A stretch of 64,000 bases of DNA from Candidatus Eiseniibacteriota bacterium. Its GTDB lineage: Bacteria; ARS69. Positions 1 to 6,614 of this stretch are shown here, in pieces. The notes beneath the pieces are model-generated. The model did not search any database and was not told the DNA's origin. It saw only the letters and a list, made by a program, of their open reading frames with translations. The translations under genes were made by a program, and so were the position numbers. Each line of letters starts with the position of its first letter. Position 1 is the stretch's first letter. The stretch lies in the NCBI GenBank assembly GCA_052390515.1, contig JBQTGV010000044.1:15619-79618 (forward strand), in the 5' to 3' direction.

Positions 1-1
1 C

Positions 2-778
2 TGGACGACGTCCAGCACTTCCTGGGGAACCTGGGTGACGACTGACGACGGCGCTTCCTGGACGCTCGCGAGTTCGTTTCCGTCGGCCGGCTTCGAAACC
101 CAGATCCGCACCCACCCGACGGACGCCGAGACCGCATTCGTGACGTTCGGTGGGTATGCCACCGGCCTTCCCAAGGTCCTGCGCACGACGGACCTCGGGG
201 CGTCCTGGACCGACGTGTCCGGCGATCTGCCCGACGTTCCGGTGAGCACGTTCATCGCCGATCCGGCGAGTCCCGATGCCTGGTTCGTGGGCACGGACGC
301 CGGCGTCTGGACGTCGACGGACGGCGGCGCCTCCTGGACTCCTTTCGGGAGCGACCTCCCGAACATCATCGTCGTCGATCTCGAAATCCAGTCGGATGGC
401 GCCCTGCCTCCCGGCCGGAAGCTCGTCGCGGCGACGTACGGCCGTGGCGTGTGGGAGGTCGACCTGCCGTCGGTAGCAGTCGACGCGCCGGCGCCGGCGC
501 CGCCCCGTTCGCGTTCCCTGATGCTCGACGCGCCGTTCCCGAATCCATCGAGAGGCGAGGCCGTCCTGCGCTGGGCGGCGCGGTCGGCGGCGCCGGCGCG
601 GCTGGAGATCGTCGACGTCACCGGGCGGCGGGTGGCCGTCATCGTAGACCAAGGCAGAGGCGACGGCCTCGTTCGCCGGGCATCGTGGATCGCGGACGAC
701 GTCGCGGCCGGCGTGTACTTCGCGGTTCTGAGCGCCGGCGAGGAGTTCGTGGTCCGGCGGGTCGTGATCGCGCGCTGA
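2..778 (+). CDS. Partial (5'-truncated by window) secreted BNR/sialidase-like repeat protein with a C-terminal T9SS/FlgD-Ig-like sorting domain
   Basis: The frame is open from the window start. There are repeated S-x-D-G-G-x-(S/T)-W motifs (BNR). The C-terminal segment 'PFPNPSRGEAVLRW...LEIVDVTGRRV...AGVYFAVL' matches the Por/T9SS C-terminal domain and FlgD-Ig pattern. Confidence 0.6.
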   Translation, partial: WTTSSTSWGTWVTTDDGASWTLASSFPSAGFETQIRTHPTDAETAFVTFGGYATGLPKVLRTTDLGASWTDVSGDLPDVPVSTFIADPASPDAWFVGTDAGVWTSTDGGASWTPFGSDLPNIIVVDLEIQSDGALPPGRKLVAATYGRGVWEVDLPSVAVDAPAPAPPRSRSLMLDAPFPNPSRGEAVLRWAARSAAPARLEIVDVTGRRVAVIVDQGRGDGLVRRASWIADDVAAGVYFAVLSAGEEFVVRRVVIAR

Positions 779-868
779 CGCGCGCCGGCGACCGGTATCG
801 GACGATTCCGCTCGTGGCCGGATCCGTACTATTCTGCCGGAGACTGCGGTGCCGACAGGGGTACGGGA

Positions 869-2068
869 ATGCTCCGGTGTGCGATGGTGGCGTACACGTA
901 TTACGTCTCGGATCCGCGGGTCCTCCGCGAGGCCGAGGCGCTGGCCGGCCGCGGCGACGAGGTGGAGGTCTTCTGCCTCCGGAAGCCCGGCGAGGCCCCG
1001 GAGGAGACCGTCCAGGGCGTTCGCCTCCGGCGGCTGCCCTTGGCCCGCTATCGCGGCGGGAACAGTCTCCTGTATGTGGGGAGTTACCTCGCGTTCCTGA
1101 TGCTCGCCTTGGTCGCGCTCGGCGGCGCGCACCTGCGCCACCGCTACCGCATCGTGCACGTCCACAACATGCCGGATTTCATGGTGTTCGCGGCGATCGT
1201 GCCGCGGCTGCTGGGCGCGCGCGTCCTTCTCGACATCCACGACACCATGCCGGAGATCTACCGCGGAAAGTTCGGCGTCGGCAACGGCCACCCGCTGATC
1301 CGACTGCTCCGCTTCCAGGAGCGGCTCAGCGCCCACTTCGCCCATCACGTGCTCACCAGCGAACACACCAAGAAGGACGCGTTGATCGCGCACGGGCTGG
1401 ACGGACGGCGCATCGAGGTGGTGCTCAACCTGCCCGACCCGCGGATTTTCGCGGGGGGCGTGGCGCCGGCGGCGGACGGACCGCCGGCAGGGAACACCGG
1501 TCAGGTCGCGTCGGAATTCCGCCTGGTGTTCCACGGAACGCTGGCGAAGCGGCTGGGTGTGGACGTCGCGATCCGCGCGGCAGCCCGCCTGCACGAGGAG
1601 ATGCCACGGCTCCGCTTCGACGTCATCGGAGACGGGGACCAGCGCGAGGCGCTGATCGCCCTGGCGAAGGAGCTCGGTGTCGAGGAGCGCGTCCGCTTCA
1701 GCGAGGGCGTCGTGCCGGTGGAGGAGCTGCCGGCCCTGCTCCGTGGCGTCCACCTCGGCGTGATCCCCACGCGCGAGGAGATCTCCACCCGCTACATGCT
1801 GCCGACCAAACTACTCGAGTACATCGCGCTGGGCATTCCCGCCGTGGTCGCGCCGACGCACACGATCCGCCACTACTTCGACGAGAGTCAGGTGGCGTTC
1901 TTCGTTCCCGGTGACGACGAGTCCCTGGCGAAGGAGATCCGGGCGCTGGCCGGCGATCCCGAACGGCGGCGGAGTCTCGCCCGTGCGGCGTCCCGGTTCC
2001 TGGACACGTACTCGTGGGAGTCGGACCGGCGGGTGTATCTCGATCTCGTGGACCGGCTGGCGCGATGA
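869..2068 (+). CDS. Glycosyltransferase, GT4 (group 1) family
   Basis: N-terminal GT4 fold motifs are present (IVHVHNMPDF..., LLDIHD). The C-terminal nucleotide-sugar binding region is present (FHGTLAKRLGVD..., EGVVPVEELPALL, LPTKLLEYIALGIPAVV). Confidence 0.8.
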   Translation: MLRCAMVAYTYYVSDPRVLREAEALAGRGDEVEVFCLRKPGEAPEETVQGVRLRRLPLARYRGGNSLLYVGSYLAFLMLALVALGGAHLRHRYRIVHVHNMPDFMVFAAIVPRLLGARVLLDIHDTMPEIYRGKFGVGNGHPLIRLLRFQERLSAHFAHHVLTSEHTKKDALIAHGLDGRRIEVVLNLPDPRIFAGGVAPAADGPPAGNTGQVASEFRLVFHGTLAKRLGVDVAIRAAARLHEEMPRLRFDVIGDGDQREALIALAKELGVEERVRFSEGVVPVEELPALLRGVHLGVIPTREEISTRYMLPTKLLEYIALGIPAVVAPTHTIRHYFDESQVAFFVPGDDESLAKEIRALAGDPERRRSLARAASRFLDTYSWESDRRVYLDLVDRLAR

Positions 2069-2808
2069 GTCTGCGGCGGCCGTTCCTCGTGCTTCGCGCG
2101 CGGTGGCTGGCTGCCCGCGGCGAACGGGAGCGGCTGGCCGGGCGCTGGGAATCAGCCGAGCGTTTCCTCCGTCAGGCGCTGGAGCTTTCCGAGAACACCG
2201 GCGGACCCGACGACACCGGGCGCATCCGGGTCCTCAACGCGCTCGGCGTCGTGTGCAAGTATCGGGGCCGCTTCCGCGAGGGCACGCGCGTCTACCTTCG
2301 CGCCTTGCGGGCGGCGCGCCGCCGGCTTGGCCCGGAGCATCCTTGGACCGCCACGCTGTACCATAACCTCGGCGGGCTCGAGCATGCGCGCGGGCGCCAC
2401 GCGCGCGGCGAGCCGTTCGCCCGCCGGTCCGTCGAGCTGCGGGAACGCGCCCTCGGAGTGGATCACCCCGACACCGCTCGGGACGTGGCCGCGCTCGGCG
2501 GGATCCTGGACGGCCTCGGCCGCCATGCGGAGGCGGAAGCGCTGCATCGTCGCGCGCTCGCCGTCTTCGAGCGACGCCTCGGGGCCGGCCACCGCGAGGT
2601 CGGCTACACGCTGGCTAACCTCGCCGCGTGCCTCCACGCGCAGGGGCGAAGCGCGGAAGCGGAGCCGCTGGCGGTGCGTGCGCTGGAGATCCAGGAGCGG
2701 CGCATGGGCCCGCATCATCCGGAGGTGGCGCTCACCTGCTCGAACCTGGCGGTGATCCGAGGCGCGCACCGCGGAGGTGAGGATGCACCCGATCATCGGG
2801 CCGCGTGA
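2065..2808 (+). CDS. TPR-repeat protein (TPR_10/12 type)
   Basis: There are repeated 42-aa units of the form 'HPDTA...NLA..L...GR..EAE.L..RAL.I.E..LG..HP'. The ATG overlaps the upstream stop (ATGA), so the genes are translationally coupled. Confidence 0.65.
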   Translation: MSLRRPFLVLRARWLAARGERERLAGRWESAERFLRQALELSENTGGPDDTGRIRVLNALGVVCKYRGRFREGTRVYLRALRAARRRLGPEHPWTATLYHNLGGLEHARGRHARGEPFARRSVELRERALGVDHPDTARDVAALGGILDGLGRHAEAEALHRRALAVFERRLGAGHREVGYTLANLAACLHAQGRSAEAEPLAVRALEIQERRMGPHHPEVALTCSNLAVIRGAHRGGEDAPDHRAA

Positions 2809-2875
2809 CCCGACGAGAAGAGTCCGATGTACAATGCGCGCGCGGCCGCCGGCCCGGCGCCGCTGGAGCCGCCCG

Positions 2876-5761
2876 ATGAGCGATGATCGCTGGATCCGCC
2901 TGCGCGCTCTCTTCGACGAGATCCAGGAGCTACCCGAGGCGGAGCGCACGTCGTTCCTCGACCGCGAGCTCACCGGGGAGCCCGAGCTCCGCGCGGAGCT
3001 CGCCGTGCTTCTGGCCGACGTGGGATCCACCGCCCGCTTCCTCGCCGAGCCGAGCGACGCGGCCGCCGGCTCGATGGTCGGACCCTATCGGCTTGTCGAG
3101 CGTCTCGGCGAGGGCGGCTTCGGCGTCGTGTACCTGGCCGAGCAAGAGCGGCCGCTCCGTCGCCGCGTGGCGCTCAAACTGATCAAGCCCGGGATGGACT
3201 CCAAGCAGGTGGTGGCCCGCTTCGACGCGGAGCGGCAGGCGCTCGCTCTGATGGATCATCCGGGAATCGCCCAGGTCTTCGACGCCGGCGAGACCGAGAC
3301 GGGGCACCCCTACTTCGCAATGGAGTACGTGCCCGGACTCCCCATCACGAAGTACTGCGACGAGCACCGCCTCGCCGTGCGAGAGCGGCTGGCGCTGCTG
3401 GTCGAAGTGTGCGACGCCGTACAGCACGCGCACCAGAAGGGAGTGATCCACCGCGACATCAAGCCCTCCAACGTGGTGGTCGCCCGCCGCGAAGGCGCCG
3501 CCGCGCCCAAGGTGATCGACTTCGGCATCGCCAAGGCCACGACCAGCCTCGGGTCCGGCGACACGGTGATGACCCACGCGGGCATGATCGTCGGCACGCT
3601 CGACTACATGAGTCCGGAACAGGCCGGCGCGACCGCCGCCGCGATGGACACGCGCTCGGACATCTATTCCCTCGGCGTCCTGCTCTACGAGCTGCTGATC
3701 GGAGAGCTGCCGTTCGACAGCGGGCGCCTTCGGGAGGGCGCGCTCTCCGATGTTCTGCGCGTGATCCGAGAGGAGGATCCACCGCCGCTCACCGTCCGTC
3801 TCGCGCGCAGCGGCGAGGTCGTCGCGCGGGTGGCCGAACGGAGATCCACGGATGCTCGCCGCTTGCTGCGCGATCTGAGAGGCGAGCTGGAGTGGATCAC
3901 ACACCGGGCGCTGGAGAAGGATCCGGAGCATCGCTACCCGTCCGCGGCCGAGCTGGCGGCGGACATCCGCCGGTACCTGGCCGACGAGCCGGTCCTCGCC
4001 GGAGCTCCGACGACGGCGTACAAGATCCGGAAGTTCGTGCGGCGTCACCGCGTGGTCGTTACCGCCGCGGCCGTCGTGCTGCTCAGCATCGTCGCGGGCG
4101 GGATCGCCGCCGCGGTCGGGTTCAGCCGCGCGGTGCGCTCCGAGCAGGTCGCGGTGCGCGCCGAGCAGGCCGCGCGGCGGGAGGCGGAGTCGTCGCAGCG
4201 GGTTGCGGACTTCCTCATCGAGCTGTTCGGCGCCCCGAGTCCGGACCGTTCCAAGGGCGAGACGCTCACCGCGCGCATGCTCCTGGACGAGGGCACGCGC
4301 CGCATCGAGAGCGGACTGAAGGCCGACCCTCAGGTCCGCTCGCGTCTGCTGGGTACGATGGGCGCGTCGTACCTCAATCTCGCGGCGTTCGACGAAGGTG
4401 TACGTCTCCATCGGGAGGCGCTCGCGGCCGCGGAGGCCGCGGAGCCGCCGGACGCCACGGGGATCGGGCGTTCTCTCTTGGGGCTGGCGGTCGGTTTCAA
4501 CATGTCTGGGCAGCAGGACAGTATCCCCGCCGTCATCGATCGGGCGATCTCGCTGCTGGGAGGCACCGAGGGAGCGGACCCGACGCTGCTGGCCCGGTGC
4601 ATCTATCAGAAGGGGCAGTGGTGGAACGCCAAGGGCGACGCTGCGGCCGCGGACTCGTTGGTCTCGGTGGCGCTCCGGATGGAAGAGTCGACTCCTTCGC
4701 CGGAGCCGGCGGTCCTTCTGCCCATGGTCTCCACGAAGGCGAACATCGCGCACCGCCGTTTCGATCTGGATGCCGCGGAGCGTGACTACCTGCGCGTCGT
4801 GCAGCTCGCCGAGGAGGCCGGCCGCCCCTCCTGGGCGGTCTCCGCTCACAGCCGCCTGGCGGCGGTCTACGCTTCGCTGCAGGAGTCCGAGAAGGCCCTG
4901 CACCACGCGCAGGCGGGCTTGGATCTCGCCCGTCGGATCTACGCGCCGGATCACCCCAACGTCGCCGATGCACTCAGCGGTCTGGCCGCGGCCCTGACCG
5001 GCCAGGGAAGCCTCGACGAGGCGATCGCCGCCAGGGAGGAGGCGCTCGGGATCTTGAGGAAGCGGGCACTGCCCGAGGCCGTCGCGTACGAGCTCAACAT
5101 CCTCGCGCGGCTCTGCAGCGCCCTGGGGCGGCACGAGCTGGCGGTCGCCCGCGCCGGCGAGGCGTCCGAGCTCCGTCGCGGCACTCACGGGACGGACCAC
5201 ACCCGCACCGCCGAGTCGCTGGCGACGCTGGGGGCGTGCTGCGTCGCCGCGGGACAACCGGAGCAGGCCGACGCGCCGTTCCGCGAGGCCATCGCGATCT
5301 TCGATCGCCTCGGGGACAAGAGCATCTTCCCGCCCGTGACCTGGGTCGAGTATGCGGACCTCTGCCGCGACCGCGGGCTGTTCGAGCGCGCGGAGAGCTT
5401 GTACACGCGCGCCGAGGCGGCCCTGGACTCGACGAACGCGGGCATGAGGCAGCACGTCGGAGTCTGTCTGGCCGGACACGGCGAGCTCAGGTCGCTGCAG
5501 GGCCGTCACGACGAGGCGGAGTCCATGATGCGCAGCGGATACCCGCTGATACGCGGCGAGACGTCCGACGACGATGCGATCCTCGGTGACGTGCATCTGT
5601 CGTGGGCCGTCGTGCGGATGCGCGCGGGCAATGCCGAGGGGGCGCTCGAAGAGCTGCGCCGCGCGGCCGCCTGCGGGGTGACCTCCGAGGACGTCGCGGG
5701 TCATCCGGAGCTCGCCGCACTCCGTTCGCGGGTCGACTACCCGCGGGACAGCTTCCCGTAG
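2876..5761 (+). CDS. Ser/Thr protein kinase with a conserved N-terminal extension, one TM helix and a C-terminal TPR sensor domain (module 1)
   Basis: Hanks kinase motifs are present: GEGGFGVVY, VALK, HRDIKPSN, DFG, GTLDYMSPEQ. A TM segment VVVTAAAVVLLSIVAGGIAAAVGF follows. The C-terminal half has TPR-like repeats. There are four paralogs in the window. Confidence 0.85.
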   Translation: MSDDRWIRLRALFDEIQELPEAERTSFLDRELTGEPELRAELAVLLADVGSTARFLAEPSDAAAGSMVGPYRLVERLGEGGFGVVYLAEQERPLRRRVALKLIKPGMDSKQVVARFDAERQALALMDHPGIAQVFDAGETETGHPYFAMEYVPGLPITKYCDEHRLAVRERLALLVEVCDAVQHAHQKGVIHRDIKPSNVVVARREGAAAPKVIDFGIAKATTSLGSGDTVMTHAGMIVGTLDYMSPEQAGATAAAMDTRSDIYSLGVLLYELLIGELPFDSGRLREGALSDVLRVIREEDPPPLTVRLARSGEVVARVAERRSTDARRLLRDLRGELEWITHRALEKDPEHRYPSAAELAADIRRYLADEPVLAGAPTTAYKIRKFVRRHRVVVTAAAVVLLSIVAGGIAAAVGFSRAVRSEQVAVRAEQAARREAESSQRVADFLIELFGAPSPDRSKGETLTARMLLDEGTRRIESGLKADPQVRSRLLGTMGASYLNLAAFDEGVRLHREALAAAEAAEPPDATGIGRSLLGLAVGFNMSGQQDSIPAVIDRAISLLGGTEGADPTLLARCIYQKGQWWNAKGDAAAADSLVSVALRMEESTPSPEPAVLLPMVSTKANIAHRRFDLDAAERDYLRVVQLAEEAGRPSWAVSAHSRLAAVYASLQESEKALHHAQAGLDLARRIYAPDHPNVADALSGLAAALTGQGSLDEAIAAREEALGILRKRALPEAVAYELNILARLCSALGRHELAVARAGEASELRRGTHGTDHTRTAESLATLGACCVAAGQPEQADAPFREAIAIFDRLGDKSIFPPVTWVEYADLCRDRGLFERAESLYTRAEAALDSTNAGMRQHVGVCLAGHGELRSLQGRHDEAESMMRSGYPLIRGETSDDDAILGDVHLSWAVVRMRAGNAEGALEELRRAAACGVTSEDVAGHPELAALRSRVDYPRDSFP

Positions 5762-6309
5762 AGCCAGGTCCGGGCGAAGGCCCAATCCCGCATCACCGTG
5801 CGCTTCGAGGACTGCAGAGTCTCGACCACCTCCTCCACGCTCAGCCCTCCATAGAATCGGAGGCGGACGACCTGCGCCGCCCGTTCGTCGCGCTCGGCGA
5901 GCTGCTCGATGGCCCGGTCCAGCGCCAGGATCGTCTCGGGGTCCCCGTCGTCGGCGAGCGCCGCCACCTGGGAGAGGTCCAGGGAGACCTTGTGCGGCGG
6001 TCTCCCTTCGGAATCGCCGCCGCGCTTCGCCCGGCCGCGGGCCCGGGCCCGCTCGATCAGGATCCGGCGCATGGCCACGGCCGCCGCGGCGAAGAACTCG
6101 CGGCGGCTTTGCCAGACGCTCCCGTCCCGGGGACCGAGGCGCAAGTAGGCCTCGTGGACCAGCTCGGTGGACTGAATGGTCTGGCCGCTGCGCTCGCCGC
6201 GCATCCGCGCGTGTGCCAGGGCGCGAAGCTCCTGGTAGACCTCGGCGAAGAAGGCGTCGGAGCCGGCCGGACCGGCGGCATCCGGCTCCTCGGGGGGCTG
6301 GCTGGCCAT
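5737..6309 (-). CDS. ECF sigma factor, kinase-associated type (ECF43/TIGR02999-like)
   Basis: Sigma-70 region 2 and 4 motifs are present (ELVHEAYLRL; LRFYGGLSVEEVAETL). The C-terminal tail is 'DWAFARTWLYGKLSRG'. It converges on the kinase gene with a 25-nt 3' overlap. There are five paralogs. Confidence 0.85.
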   Translation of the reverse strand: MASQPPEEPDAAGPAGSDAFFAEVYQELRALAHARMRGERSGQTIQSTELVHEAYLRLGPRDGSVWQSRREFFAAAAVAMRRILIERARARGRAKRGGDSEGRPPHKVSLDLSQVAALADDGDPETILALDRAIEQLAERDERAAQVVRLRFYGGLSVEEVVETLQSSKRTVMRDWAFARTWLYGKLSRG

Positions 6310-6366
6310 CGCCCGATGGTAGGCGCCGCCGGTCCGCGGCTCAACGGGCAGTTTCCGGTCCGCCGC

Positions 6367-6395
6367 GTGGCACCGTCCCGGCAGTTCCGGCGCAC
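6367..6395 (+). promoter_or_regulatory. Candidate ECF-type promoter GTGGCAC-N17-CGCAC upstream of peptide gene 1
   Basis: This is copy 1 of 7 of the bipartite motif TGTCAC(C)-N17-CGCA(T), with an exact 17-nt spacer in every copy. It lies 63 nt upstream of the peptide ATG. Confidence 0.55.
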
Positions 6396-6458
6396 TGGGG
6401 GGCGGCCGTCTCCCGAGGAGACGGCGGCGGACATCAACCTTCCTTCGGAGGCAACGAC

Positions 6459-6542
6459 ATGATCACCCTCTTCGCGCTCGTCCTGGAACTCGTCGCTGGC
6501 AGGATCGCGGCCAACCACAATCAATCCGGGCTGGCCGGCTGA
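6459..6542 (+). CDS. Small conserved peptide (27 aa) MITLFALVLELVAGRIAANHNQSGLAG; peptide family member 1
   Basis: GGAGG lies 8 nt upstream of the ATG. It is one of six paralogs sharing the LFxLxL(D/E)hhAGRhAANHNQ core. It is divergent from the sigma gene. Confidence 0.6.
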   Translation: MITLFALVLELVAGRIAANHNQSGLAG

Positions 6543-6614
6543 TCCGTGCCTCCGGCGGGCACCCGGGTCTTGCGGTCGCGGGCCTCGATGGAAGCGGCCG
6601 CAACCCCGGGGGCG

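Noticed and set aside
2930-5785. Very long antisense ORFs opposite the kinase genes and other real genes (e.g. 2930..5785, 9567..12200, 15894..19505, 22367..25780, 28775..31249, 52056..54980) and many Arg/Pro/Gly-rich off-frame ORFs
   Set aside because: In ~70% GC DNA stop codons are rare in all frames. These ORFs lack any domain motifs and are Arg/Ala/Gly/Pro-rich. They mirror genes that have unambiguous catalytic motifs, such as HRDIKPSN and Walker A, on the other strand or frame.
6543-6614. Rho-independent terminator after peptide gene 1
   Set aside because: There are only short GC stems (gtgcc...ggcac) and no U-tract. This is typical of high-GC genomes and not convincing.
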